A stretch of 64,000 bases of DNA from Eledone cirrhosa (Eukaryota): contig OZ024743.1 in the NCBI GenBank assembly GCA_964016885.1, forward strand, positions 353,772,001 to 353,836,000, read 5' to 3'. How positions within the stretch are numbered: position 1 is the first letter of the stretch; every line of letters starts with the position of its first letter. Position numbers and translations under genes: made by a program. The notes beneath the pieces were generated by a model that had not been told where the DNA came from, did no database searches, and worked only from the letters and a program-made list of their open reading frames with translations. Below are positions 39,840 to 53,671 of the stretch, piece by piece.

Positions 39840-41110
39840 GTGGTAGGGATGGAGGTAAAGGAGTTATTAATGCTGGGTGAAGTGTTAGTAGTGGTGGTGT
39901 GTTGGTGGTAGTGGTGGTAGTAGTGGTGTGGTGTTGGTGGTTGGGTGGTGGTTGTGGTGATGGTGATATTGTAGTGGTGGTGGTAGTACTGGCGGTGGTA
40001 GTGGCGGTGGTGGTGGTAGTGGTGGTGGTGGTGGTGGTAGTGGTGGTGGTGGTTGTGGTGGTGGTAGTAGTGGTGGTGATAGTTGTGGTGGTGGTGGTGT
40101 TGGTGGTTGGGTCGTGGTTGTGGTGATGGTGATATTGTAGTGGTGGTGGTATTGGTGATAGTGGTGATAGTGGTAGTGGCGGTAGTGGTGATTGTGGTGG
40201 TGGTGGTGGTGGTTGTGGGGATGGTAGTAGTGGTGGTTGTGGGGATGGTAGTAGTGGTGGTGGTAGTTGTGGTAGTGGTGTGGTGTTGGTGGTTGGGTGG
40301 TGGTTGTGGTGATGTAGGTAGTGGTGGTGGTAGTACTGGCGGTGGTAGTGGCGGTGGTGGTGGTAGTGGTGGTGGTGGTGGTAGTGGTGGTGGTGGTTGT
40401 GGTGGTGGTAGTAGTGGTGGTGGTGGTTGTGGTGGTGGTAGTAGTGGTGGTGGTAGTGGTGTGGTGTTGGTGGTTGGGTGGTGGTTGTGGTGATGGTGAT
40501 ATTGTAGTGGTGGTGGTATTGGTGATAGTGGTGATAGTGGTAGTGGCGGTAGTGGTGATTGTGGTGGTGGTGGTGGTGGTTGTGGGGATGGTGGTGGTAG
40601 TGGTGGTGGTGGTGGTGGTGGTAGTAGTGGTGGTGGTAGTGGTGTGGTGTTGGTGGTTGGGTGGTGGTTGTCGTGATGGAGGTAGTGGTGGTGGTAGTAC
40701 TGGCGGTGGTAGTGGCGGTGATGGTGGTGGTAGTGGTGGTGGTGGTGGTAGTGGTGGTGGTTGTGGTGGCGGTGGTAGTAGTGGTGGTGCTAGTTGTGGT
40801 GGTGGTAGTGTTGGTGGTTGGGTGGTGGTTGTGGTGATGGTAGTACTGGCGGTGGTAGTGGTCGTGGTAGTGGTGGTGCTGGTGGTAGTGGTGGTGGTAG
40901 TGGTGATTGTGGTAGAAGTGGATGGTAGTAGTGGTGGCGGAGGTCCTATTAATATTAATGGTAGTGGTAGTATTACTGCTGTTGTTGTTAGTAGTGGTGA
41001 TGATGACAATGGGGAACATGGTGTCATTGGTGTCAGTATTGGTGTTATAGAGAGATCTAGTTGTGGCGGTGGTAGTGGCGGTGGTAGTGGCGGTGGTAGT
41101 AGTGTTGTTG
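39840..41110. repeat. (GTG/GTA)-rich low-complexity array with larger duplicated blocks
   Basis: Recurrent gtggtgttggtggttgggtggtggttgtggtgatggtgatattgtag. Confidence 0.8.
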
Positions 41111-41824
41111 TCAGCGGTGGTGGTACAAATAGTTTCCGTGCAGTAATAAGAACGGTAGTTATTATTATTATTATTCTTATAGGTAGTGGGGAAGTGAATT
41201 GATTGGTTGGTGCTGGCATAGTAGCGGTAGGGTTGGTTGTGTAGTGGGTCAATCAAAGGGTCAATGTGAGTGCGGGGGAGATGGCCAAGTGCTGAAAGCG
41301 ACATTAAATAAGGGTCTAGTGTTAATTATTATGATGAAACACGCTGCCCTTTGCTTAAACTCCTACCACAACCTCTGTCACCCTCATCGCCGCTACCACC
41401 AGCTGGACTGTCAAAAGCCATTCTAGCAAATTCCCCAGCAAAAACTGCAGCACCTACCGCTGTTACCACTGGAACAATAACCCCCCTGGTAATAAACCCC
41501 ATGGTAATAACCCCCCCCCATGGTAATAAGCCCCATGGTAATGGCCTCCATCAACCATCACTACCACCTGCCCCTCCACATCCACTATAATTACTGCTAT
41601 CACTATCGTAAGGTTATTTGTGATACTTGTTGTGAGGCTGTTATGGTAGTGATGGCAGCTGTTGTATGGTTTGCAAGGATGATAGTGATGGTGGTTTTTT
41701 AACCGTTCATATATTCATGTTTGTAGTGGTAGTTGTGGTTGTAATGATGGTTGTAATGTTGGTACACAATGAATAATCGAATTATACAGAGATATATACA
41801 TGTGTGTGTTATATGTGTATATGT

Positions 41825-42218
41825 ACACTAATAGAGAGAGGGAGAGGGAGAAAAGGGAGATTATATGTGGGGTGGGGGTTGAAAGAAAGAAGAGGAGAGA
41901 ACACGGAAGAGCCGAACTCCCACTGTCATCGCCTCCATCTTTCTCGCCCGCCCCCATCTCTCTGTAATATGAGCAAATGGGGTCCCACGTGCAGGCCGCC
42001 GCACAGCCCCGGCGGACAGAATGGAGAAAGCGTTTTCCCGGAGGATGGTAAGGGCGATGCGCTGGAAGAGCCATTCCATCTCGCGAGGCTCACACCTGCG
42101 GCTGGCCAGCTCAGCGCCTATGTTGGTGAGTAGGGAGGTAGCCCTAGGCCCAAGGACACCAGAACTCTCCACTGCTATGGGCTGGACTGCAAACCTGTGG
42201 GAGAGCGACCAGTACTTG
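41825..42218 (-). mobile_element. CRE-like RLE non-LTR retrotransposon 3' fragment
   Basis: ORF 41861: KYWSLSHRFAVQPIAVESSGVLGPRA..LL..IG..LA....EPREMEWLFQRIALTILRENAFSIL. Confidence 0.75.
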
Positions 42219-42493
42219 GTGGTGGTCTTGATGGTTATGTTGGTGGTTATGATGATCATATTAGTTGTGATGTAGTTACTATGAGGGTGATGAATGTGGT
42301 TAAGATATTGATTGTAAGGATCGTTGTGATGGCGCAGTGGTGACTGTAGTTGTGGTATTGGTAGTGGTCATGGTGGCTTTAATGGTCAAACTAGTTGTGG
42401 TATGTTGTGATGGTAACTACAGTTATGATGAAGGTCGTGGTAATGTTTGTAAAGGTGATTGGGATAGTAGTGGTTGTGATGTAGGTGGCTGTA

Positions 42494-42645
42494 ATAATTG
42501 TTTATACTTTTGGCACAAGGCCAGCAATTACCCCAGTGCATTACTGGTGCTTTATTTTAACGACCCCGCAAGGAGGAAAGGCAAAGTTAACCTCGGCTGG
42601 ATTTGAACTCAGAACGAACGTAAAGGGCCATAACTCCATGCTATA
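42494..42645 (-). mobile_element. Deu/Nin-like SINE, 5'-truncated
   Basis: Family consensus. Confidence 0.8.
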
Positions 42646-42768
42646 ATGATAAATATAATGGTGATTCTAGTGGCCATGTTAGGTTTGGGGCAGATGTGAC
42701 GGAGGTTGTGATGACTGTTGTTGCAGTCATGTTCAATGTGATGATGTTAGTTGTAGTAAAATGAATAA

Positions 42769-42963
42769 ATGTTTCTACTTTTGGCACAAGGCCGGCAATA
42801 ACCCAGTACATTACTGGTACTTTATTTTATCGACCCCGTAAGGATGAAAGGCAAAGTTAACCTCGGCGGGATTTGAATTCAGATCGTAAAGGGACCTGAG
42901 TTCAAATCCCGCCGAGGTTAACTTTGCCTTTCATCCTTACGGGGTCGATAAAATAAGGTACCA
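42769..42963 (-). mobile_element. SINE with fold-back 5' inverted duplication and about 16-bp TSD
   Basis: 42896-42966 is the inverse of about 42812-42883; gtagtaaaatgaataa at 42753 and 42964. Confidence 0.85.
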
Positions 42964-43129
42964 GTAGTAAAATGAATAATACTGGGTATAAGGATTCTGA
43001 GCAGATGGTATGCTTTTAATGGGTTGCTGGTGATGACGATGACGATGATCATGATGATGATGATGATGATGGTGATGGTGATGATGATGATGATGATGAT
43101 GATAGGACTAAAAACAAAACCTGTCAAAG

Positions 43130-43572
43130 GGCAAAGGAGCTCTTAAGAGTCAAGGGGCATCCAAAATCACCGGGAGAGATGACCCATTAGCCTTTGTCAA
43201 GGCAGAATTCTAGGAGAAGGAAAACTCTGATATAACACCTGCAACCCTGATGGTATCCAATGATGTTGACTTGTTTTTCTTTTTGGTAAATATCATCTTG
43301 GTTAAGAGAGTGGGACTGGCTTTGTGCAGTGCCTTTGCTCACTATAAAAGCTTGACGGCACAGGCATTGCTTTATATCTGGAGATCTCTCTGCACTTGTC
43401 GTCACATGGTACCATGGGCCCAGCACTATGTGTCAATAATTGTCACAAGTGTAGTGTTTGTACCAGAGCTTTTAAGTCGCTGGCTGGACTAAAAAGTCAC
43501 ACTCGTTCAGCGCATCGGTAGGGGTTCTCCTACATGGATGTAAAGTAGTGGCCGTACTCGAAAACGAGTTGG
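43130..43572 (+). mobile_element. Short RTE-derived element (RTE-like 5' UTR joined to RTE 3' end) with (ATGT)n tail
   Basis: 5' motif taggagaaggaaaactctgatat; 3' HKCSVCTRAFKSLAGLKSHTRSAHR* (C2H2-like ORF end); terminus ggccgtactcgaaaacgagttggcagccacc resembles the inverse of 59020-59052. Confidence 0.6.
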
Positions 43573-43717
43573 CAGCCACCATGTATGTATGTATGTATGT
43601 ATGTATGTATGTATGTATGTATGTATGTATGTATGTATGTATGTATGTATGTATGTGTCTCTGTACGTACGTAGGGATGTATGCATGCATGTATGTATGT
43701 ATATATGTATGTATGCA

Positions 43718-43830
43718 TATGGCTGAGTGGTTAGAGAATTGGATTCACAATCTTGAGGTTGTGAGTTCGATTCCTGGACCGGGTGGTGCGTTATGTCCTT
43801 GAGCAAGGCACTTTATTTCATGTTGCTCCT
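43718..43830 (+). mobile_element. CORE-type SINE 5' part
   Basis: tggctgagtggttagag...gagttcgattcc...tgtccttgagcaaggcactttatttca. Confidence 0.75.
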
Positions 43831-44719
43831 TCTACCTGGAGTTGCGACCGATAGAGAGTATTAGCAACTGGAAAGACCAACGGAAACATTGTTTCCTCGG
43901 TCCGATTTGACGAAAGTCGATCGATCCTTTATTTTATGTATGTATGTAGGTATGTATGTATATATATGTATGTATGTGTTTGTTTGCTTGTGTATGTGTC
44001 TTCATGCGTGTGTATGTTGCGATATATGTGTATGTTCTGAGTATACTATATTTACCTCTCAATGTATGCGTGTATGTATGTATTGCGTGTGCGTGTCTGT
44101 GTGTCTGTGTTTGTGTGTGTGTGATAGTAAACAGCATGTACTGCAGTTGTTATCGCTTTTGTTGTTATTTGTGGTTGTGATGATGATGACGGTGACGATA
44201 ACAATGACGACCTGATGATGATGATGTTAGTGATGTTGAAGCGTAAGTGATGGTAAAAAAGGTGAAAATGGCCACGGAAGACGAGTGTGGGTGATGGAGG
44301 GGGAGATATTGTCGCTGATGTGATTGCTAATAGCAATTGACAGGTCGAGACTGAAACGAGACAACTATTAATAACATCTACAATAACGACAACATCAGCA
44401 GCAGCAGTAGCAGTAAACAATAACAACAACTACAATAATACCAACAACAGCAGTAACAACAACCATAATAATAGCAACAACAACAGTAACAATAACGACA
44501 TCAAAGACGGCAATAACAAAGAAAACAACAACATCATCAACAACAACAGCATCACAAACAACACCACCACCAACAACAACAGCAACACCATCAGTAACAA
44601 CAACAGCAAAAACAACACATACAACAACAACAACAACAACAACAACTTCAGAAACAATAACTGCAACAACAGTAGCACAAAGAACAGCAGTTTCAACAAC
44701 AGCAACAACAACAGCTACA

Positions 44720-45340
44720 TCAAAAATAACAACAATAACAACAACAGCAATAACAACGACCGCATAAAAAATAACAACACCATAACAGCAACAACAACAA
44801 CCGCATCAAAAATAACAACAATAACAACGACCGCATAAAAAATAACAACACCATAACAGCAACAACAACAACCGCATCAAAAATAACAACAATAACAACA
44901 ACAGCAATAACAACGACCGCATCAAAAATAACAACACCATAACAGCAACAACAACAACCGCATCAAAAATAACAACAATAACAACAACAGCAATAACAAC
45001 GACCGCATAAAAAATAACAACACCATAACAGCAACAACAACAACCGCATCAAAAATAACAACAATAACAACGACCGCATAAAAAATAACAACACCATAAC
45101 AGCAACAACAACAACCGCATCAAAAATAACAACAATAACAACAACAGCAATAACAACGACCGCATCAAAAATAACAACACCATAACAGCAACAACAACAA
45201 CCGCATAAAAAATAACAACAATAACAACAACAGCAATAACAACGACCGCATCAAAAATAACAACACCATAACAGCAACAACAACAACCGCATAAAAAATA
45301 ACAACAATAACAATAACAGCAACAATAACAGCAACACCAA
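44720..45340. repeat. AAC-rich composite minisatellite
   Basis: Alternating ccgcatcaaaaataacaacaataacaacaacagcaataacaacga and ccgcataaaaaataacaacaccataacagcaacaacaacaa units. Confidence 0.85.
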
Positions 45341-45780
45341 GAACTCTCGTCAATGTGGGAAATCTTAGTTAGGCATAAACATACTGGATGGTCACGGCTA
45401 GAACGCCTGTAATCATAGATATGCTCTACTAGTGATGCGCTGAATCTAAATAACAACAACAACAGTCGCATCAATAACTACCACAATAACAAGAACAAAG
45501 AAATCAACAGTAACAGCAACAAATAACAATGACAACATCAAAAGCAGTAACAATAGTAACAAGATCAGCACAAATAAAAGTGTAAGTATAAACACAACAA
45601 CAGCAACATCACAAATGACAGCAGCAGCATCAACAAAGAGAACAGCAGCAATATAGAAACCCCAGCAATAAGAACAACAACAGAAATCACAACAGTAACA
45701 CTTTACAAAAAAATTACGGTTACCTCCCCTCTTCACATTAATTAATTATGAAAGGAAAATATCAACAACATAAAAAGACT

Positions 45781-45814
<34 letters not shown>

Positions 45815-45960
45815 TAACAGCAACAACAACAACGACAACAGTAGACAGTATCAACTGTTATAAGAAGGAAAATAACGATATTCACAAAACAGTGGCTTAA
45901 AGAACAGCAACAAGAAAAACATCGGCAACGACAAATTATAAGCAGCGATTATAAAATAAT

Positions 45961-46084
45961 TGTTTCTACTTTTTGGCTTTTGGCACAAGGCCAGCAATTA
46001 TATATAAAATTACTGGTATTTTATTTTATCGACCCCGTAAGGATGAAAGGCAAAGTTAACCTCGGCGGGATTTGAACTCAGACC
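45961..46084 (-). mobile_element. 5'-truncated SINE with TSD attataaaataat
   Basis: Family consensus; duplication on both sides. Confidence 0.8.
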
Positions 46085-46331
46085 ATATTATAAAATAATA
46101 ACAACAGCAACAGCAGCAATAAATCCAACGACAACATTGTTGGCAGTAACAATAACACTTCGACTCAAAGAGGAAACATTGGACATCTTAGACGCCGGAA
46201 GTAGTAGACATTACATAATGCAATCCTACATATCCCCCCCCCCCCCCCCTAAAAAAAAGACCAGCGACTAAACAACAAAATCCACCACCACCACCACCAC
46301 CACCACCACCACCACAACAACAACAACAACA

Positions 46332-46375
<44 letters not shown>

Positions 46376-46376
<1 letters not shown>

Positions 46377-46915
46377 GGAGTAGTCTCTCTGAGAACAGTT
46401 TTGCCACCAGAAAGGCCCAAGCATGGTCAGCTTGCAACAAAATGGATCGAGTTTGATGCTCAAATCTCTCCAACCACACTAAGATCAGACTATTCCAAGA
46501 AGCAATTCAACCAATATTGCTACATGGAAGTGAAACATGGACGCTTTCATCCAAACAACGAAAGCATCTTAATGGCACTTACCCTCACCTGCTTCAACGT
46601 ATTCAAAACATAAGCTGGTGACATCTGACTTTGAAAGAAATATATGCCGGCTTCCCACGCATATCTATCGTTGTACGTAAATGGAGAGTAAGATTTGCTG
46701 GCCACTGGCATCGTGCCACCTATGAGGCTGGGTCGCCATTAGTGCTTTGGAAACTACAAGCAGTCACTAATAACAGGGAGCGCAAGCTCTCCTATCCCGA
46801 TGTCATCTTCAGAGATTCTGGTATTGAAATCCAGGATTTGGCAGCGGCAATGAACGACAGACCCACGCGGAGATCAAATGTTGAGTCGATTTCGGCTGAG
46901 GCCGCTGGATGACTA
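46376..46915 (+). mobile_element. RTE-like LINE 3' fragment inside (CTA)n
   Basis: KIRLFQEAIQPILLHGSETWTLS...LKEIYAGFPRIS...RFAGHWHRA..PLVLW...LAAAMNDR; (cta)n on both flanks. Confidence 0.75.
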
Positions 46916-46918
46916 CTT

Positions 46919-46988
<70 letters not shown>

Positions 46989-47390
46989 AACACAATATTC
47001 CCATGTAGCGCAGTCATTAGCAAAATATATTAAAGTACTTTTATCACCGCGAAACAACCAACACATTACAATACTTCCTGAACAATAACACGGCATAAAA
47101 GCCGTTCGTTGATTGAGTATCATTTCTGGTTTTTTTTTCAAGTGATTTAAAATGTAGACGTTTATACAATTCGATTTATTTCATATTTAATATTTATCCT
47201 ATATCCATATCCTTAAGCAACATGTTACTGCATTGTTGTGCATCACCAGTACAGTATTGACTAACAGATCAGCAATTCCTTATGTTATATTCAAGTAATA
47301 GTCTTCGTTTTCAAATATGTTGACAGAGAAAGGCTCCACCAAAAAATATCTTCCCATACATTCACAAACAAATATATACACGATATAAAC

Positions 47391-47985
47391 GGTTCCATTC
47401 ATTTTGAGCAAAGTCATTTCGAGCGAAGTTATTTTGAGCGAAACATTAAGAGCGAACGGTACTTTCAGCGAAGATTAATTTTAAGCGAAATATATGCTAT
47501 CGTACTTTAAGAAGGGAAGAAAGCCTACAAAGGACGAAATATTTTGGAATTTGTTCAGGAGAACCTGCACAAAAGAAGAGGAAATACGTGAACTTAGAAA
47601 GAAGAATTAAAAGCATTGTTGAATCAAGATTTAGAAATTACAGATTATCTTAGACACCTTGCCTCCAACATTAATTTTTGAATCTTTATTCTTTCTAGAA
47701 TTAATTTTTTCAATTTTAAACGTTGTGAAATTTTAGTTATTTCTACTATAAAATGTGTCGATTTTTAATAGTTTTTTTTTCTATTTATCGGTTGGGAAGT
47801 TGTAATTATTTGTACGAAAAAAAAAAAGATTTCTAGTATATTTTTATTGTTATCAACTTCGCTCAAAGCGTCGTTAAAAATACAGTTTGAGGTTCGCTCA
47901 AACTGATATCGCTTAATAGGCATCGTTCAAAATGCACATAATTTTAACTTCGCTCAAAATGACTTTGCTCAAACGACTGGAGACG
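47391..47985 (+). mobile_element. Non-autonomous Mutator (MULE)-like DNA transposon
   Basis: TIRs with tandem ttgagcgaa subrepeats (tttgagcaaagtcatt.. / ..aatgactttgctcaaa); internal transposase C-terminus EITDYLRHLASNINF*; degenerate 9-bp TSD gatataaac / aatctaaac. Confidence 0.7.
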
Positions 47986-48315
47986 AATCTAAACACTGTT
48001 CCTACAAACCCCCAAATACATTTTTTAAATAAAAAAAAAGCTCGAAAGTGCAATCATACATTCTCGACATTAACACAAACATGGCTAGACATATCTAAAA
48101 AAAAAAAGCGTATACTACAACAAAACCCAGAACAAAATACCAGAACAAAACTACGACACCGTCTAAGGTACACATACTTTATATTCTCAGAATGACCGTT
48201 CAAACACCCATGAGCATCTGCAACTCTCTACAAAAATATTAAGATACTCAGCTAAAAACACCACTACTTACACACGGTACAGACGAAAATATTACATACA
48301 CACATGCACACACAC

Positions 48316-48424
<109 letters not shown>

Positions 48425-49030
48425 AAATAAATAAACAAAAATAAGATTGTATGGTTACGACTTTGTTCGTAGTCGGCTCCAGTTCAATGTTGCCTTCCTG
48501 TTTCCCCGGATCAATGAAATAAAGAGCCAATCATATCTGAAAGTCGATTTATATTCCTATAATTCATTTAAGATGGGAACGAAATTAAATTAGGCGAGTA
48601 AAAGATCAAAACTGACCCGGATTCTAAAACCAGATCATCCCAAATTCTTTCCAGACATAATGTTCACATATTTCCAGCCCGAACATATGTGATTCGAATT
48701 CTAAAAAAAAAAAAGAAATGTATACTTTCATGACAATACTCGGCTGTCAAAACTTAAACAGATCGAGTGAAAAATATCAAAGACACCCTCGTTGATTCCT
48801 ATTTTTGTTACTTGGCCTTTCATTTTTATAATTCTCTCACATATTGTCTTTGAATTCAATTGGCGGAATATCCTCATTCCATCATCATGCCCTCCCACTA
48901 ACATCATCATCATCGTCGTCGCAGTTATCGTTAAGAGCAACAGCAATATTAACAACAAAAACCTTCTGTATGTTAACATTTGAGTATATAGCAGTTCAAA
49001 AGATCTCGAGACAAGATGAATAGCGGATTA

Positions 49031-49246
49031 AGTAAGAAAACAATTACAAACACTCACACACACACACATAAACACGCATATACACAGACACACACACACA
49101 CAGCAGACACACACACACACAGCAGACATACACACACACGTATATATATACGCATATATATATATGTGCGTGTGTGTGAAAGTATGTATGTATTACATGA
49201 ATATGTAGAGACACTTGATTATATATTAAAACGCCTATATATATAT

Positions 49247-49290
<44 letters not shown>

Positions 49291-49390
49291 ATGTGTGTAT
49301 GTGTGTGTGTGTATGTGTGTGTATAGGCGTTTTAATATATAATCAAGTGTCTCTACATATTCATGTAATACATACATACTTTCACACACA

Positions 49391-49432
<42 letters not shown>

Positions 49433-49529
49433 TATATATATGTGTGTGTGTATGTCTGCTGTGTGTGTGTGTGTCTCTGTATATGCGTGTTTATGTGTGT
49501 GTGCGAGTGTTTGTAATTGTTTTCTTACT
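49031..49529. repeat. About 500-bp inverted repeat with microsatellite-containing arms
   Basis: agtaagaaaacaattacaaacactc and gaaagtatgtatgtattacatgaatatgtagagacacttgattatatattaaaacgcctata are both mirrored on the right. Confidence 0.85.
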
Positions 49530-49729
49530 TATATATATATACAATGCTAAAAGGAGTAAAAAAGCCAGTGATCCGAAAAGACATCCAGGTGAAAGTTCCG
49601 GCAGAGACTGGTTAGAAATACAGTTCTGTGGTGAAGATCCAATGTAGGAATCCAACAAATCTGCGTGATACACATAAGCATTCATATACATATTAAGTAA
49701 ACAGAAATAACAAAGCAAACGACTATATT

Positions 49730-50337
49730 TGGTGGTGTGTGTACATTGATTGGAAAGAGATACAGTTAGATGAAGTTTTGGTTTTACTTGATTAACAAGT
49801 CTGAAGAGTAGATAGAGCTGGAGTTGGGCCTATAGCTTTTATATCGATCCAGAGCCACTCATGTGTGAAACGGTTGTATCTATGGATAATCAATAAAGAC
49901 CTTAATATGAAACCTCGCTTTGTTTTATTTATTCCCAAGATTCCTCTTATCCATTCCTCTATCGAGCTGCCATTCAAATTCTCAAGACGTCAGTTCCCAG
50001 TTCGATCTCTTTTGGCTATGGCCATACATAAAACTTAGGGTCAAAGTCTCAAAATTGCAGAATTGAATATGAGAGAATCGATTTTTACCCATGAACAGTT
50101 ATATGTAGGTTGTTCACGAGTGGAAACACCTAGAAATCTTCATATATTACGCACTAACAGTAAAACGAAGAATTTGGTGTATCAGGAAGATTTTTTTACT
50201 GTTTTATGTTTTGTCACACACACCACGGTCTCGCCTCGTTCTGTAAACCAGAGAAACATCCAATACAGTCATTTTCTCTTCTGCCTGTCTTCTCTCATCA
50301 TCTGCTTACCCGGGCGAAGCTGGGTACATCAGCTCGT
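49730..50337 (+). mobile_element. Helitron 3' fragment (PIF1 helicase C-terminus, hairpin, CTAG-like end)
   Basis: IPKIPLI..ELPFKFSRRQFPVRSLLAMAIHKT*GQSLKIA..IFTHEQLYVGCSRV..NLHI..KTKNLVYQE; hairpin acccgggcgaagctgggt, then ctcg before t. Confidence 0.85.
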
Positions 50338-50394
50338 ATTATATATAAACGTGTGTGTAAATGTGTGCGTGCGTGTGTATGAATGTGTGTGTGA

Positions 50395-50449
<55 letters not shown>

Positions 50450-51066
50450 TGTGTGAGTATGTAAACCACATTTCAAATCGGAGAGGATCCTTTATGGTTA
50501 ATTCCTAACCTGCTGGAAATAACAGTCAAGCTGGTTAGCATACCCAGGATGTTTTTCTTCTTCTTTTATGTTATAGAATTAATATCAATAAACCTTCCTG
50601 GGTATATACCCTTATTCTATTGCTGTACTTACTTATCGATTGTCCGTTTTCGTTTTTGTGTGATACGCGAAGTCAACCACCAATAACTATCTCTCTTTTA
50701 TATTATGTATAAATTAACTTCATTTAATTAACGCTACATAGTTCTGTTCTTTCTGAATCTTAACTTTGCACTCTCACTTTTCCTATTTATATGTCTAGAG
50801 AGAGATGAAGGGATAGAGATAGTTAGATAGAAAGAGAGATAGATAGAGAGATAGATAGATAGATATATAGAGAGTTAGAGAGCGAGAGAGCGAGAGAGAC
50901 AGAGAGAGAGAGAGAGAGAAGAGGGAGAGAGAAAGAGAGAGAGAGAGAGAAAATGAATATTACTAGTTGTTGATTAGATGCTTTAACCACAACTAGTTCA
51001 AGAAACAAAACGTACAAACAGAAATACGGATTAACAAATTTTACTAGTATATCACACACACGCACG

Positions 51067-51188
<122 letters not shown>

Positions 51189-51284
51189 TACACACATACA
51201 CATATATGTATATATATGTATATATGTAATTTATATACATATGTGTGTATATTGAAATACAGAATCACATGCGCTGGTGCTTGC

Positions 51285-51404
<120 letters not shown>

Positions 51405-51408
51405 ATAT

Positions 51409-51470
<62 letters not shown>

Positions 51471-51473
51471 GTA

Positions 51474-51572
<99 letters not shown>

Positions 51573-51985
51573 ATTATATATATATATCCTGCTTCTGATG
51601 AGGAAAAAATACACTCAGAAAATGAATTTTAAAAAAAAGTTATCACAAAGAAGAATAAATAAATAAATAAAAATTATCAGGACAAATGGAAGCAGATTAA
51701 AAATATTTCATAGAAAAGTTAAATAAAAAAATTGAAATATAGTAAAGTTTAAAAAATTCTATAAACTGCAGAATTTGATGCAAATCTATAATTACTGCTG
51801 ACAGCGACAGATGAAAGAATGGTTTTGACAGAAGCAAGGAACCATTCTGCTGGTCATTAATGGTCTACTGAACATACTTGGTTCAAGCTACCATCTCACA
51901 CTCACATTCTCTAAACCACCTATACCCCAGCCTCCGCAGAATACATCACCATATTCAGTGCACATGTGAAGATTGACATACATAC

Positions 51986-52018
<33 letters not shown>

Positions 52019-52073
52019 TGTATGTATGTATGTATGTATGTATGTATGTATATATATATATATATACATATAA

Positions 52074-52127
<54 letters not shown>

Positions 52128-52400
52128 ATATATATACATATATATATATATATGCATATATATATATGCATATATATATGCATATAAATATATATACATA
52201 CATATATATATATATGCAATCTGTCTGTCTCTCGGTCTCTCCCTCTCCCTCTCTCTCATTCTCTCTATCTATTATCTATCTATCTATCTCTCTCTATTTA
52301 TCTCTATCTCTCTCTCTATACACACACAAACACACACACACATATATATATATATATTCATACACACACATACACACACATACACACACACACACAGACA

Positions 52401-52486
<86 letters not shown>

Positions 52487-53112
52487 TATATATATATATA
52501 TATATATATACATACACATGAATATATTTTTCATAAAAATATTACTTCACCTGTTGTTATAAATTTCCATCAATTTAATAAAAAAATATCCAACATTCAT
52601 ATTCATCTCCTCTCCTTTTGTTTGTCTCGTTTCTTGAATGTCCCTCCCCCCTCGACCTTCCTTGTTCCTTCTTCTTATCATAATCATCCTTGCTGTATGG
52701 TTGTTTTTATTTCAGGTTTTGAATAAAAAATAACACATCAATACTTTTTTGTATTGTCTGTGAATGTAGATCATCTAAGTAACAGATCAGAACATGGGAC
52801 AAAGAATGTTCCCATAGAAATGAATTGTGGGACTTCCCGAAAGGAACTTTGAAGGTTATTTTTTACTTTAACAATATCACTGGTAGTTATTTTCCCGTAT
52901 ATTAGATGGTAAGCAATGCAAAACAATCTTCATGAGACTGCATGTATCCAGCGCATACATTTTATATAACAATTATGGTATAATAATTGAATGGACAATA
53001 AGTTGCCATTCAAGTACTGACCAGCCCCTTAGATTAACATCTTAACATGGATAGGCTTCCACGATGATTATTCAATTGTTCGCTCAACTGAATTACAACT
53101 CTTGGAATTAAT

Positions 53113-53169
<57 letters not shown>

Positions 53170-53253
53170 AAAGGTAAACAGAAATAACAACATAATCAGT
53201 ACAGTATATGGAAGGAATATATTAGGTTAACGCTTGAAATAGCAGGAAGGGGG

Positions 53254-53289
53254 TCTTAACGTTTCGGACGCTAGTCCTTAATCAGAAGA
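53254..53289 (-). ncRNA. Minimal hammerhead motif (G8 mutated to U)
   Basis: UCUU CUGAUUA A GGAC-UAGC-GUCC GAAA CG UU/AAGA; lies in a unit (about 53168-53410) between (TA)n tracts. Confidence 0.65.
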
Positions 53290-53461
53290 AAGAATGAGAA
53301 ATTAGAAAGATTGAAGCGACGGGCGAGGCGGAAAAAATGTTCTTAGAGAAAAATAACAGTCCACATTCATGTTGCCATCTCTTGGAAAACTGTTGATGGT
53401 GACGTTTTGTGTATGATTATATGTATATATATATATATATATATTTATTTATATATATATA

Positions 53462-53572
<111 letters not shown>

Positions 53573-53600
53573 TTATATATATATATATATATTTATATAT

Positions 53601-53670
<70 letters not shown>

Positions 53671-53671
<1 letters not shown>

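Noticed and set aside
51590-51640. ctgatgagg...cagaaa as a hammerhead
   Set aside because: Stems I-III do not pair convincingly; at best heavily decayed.
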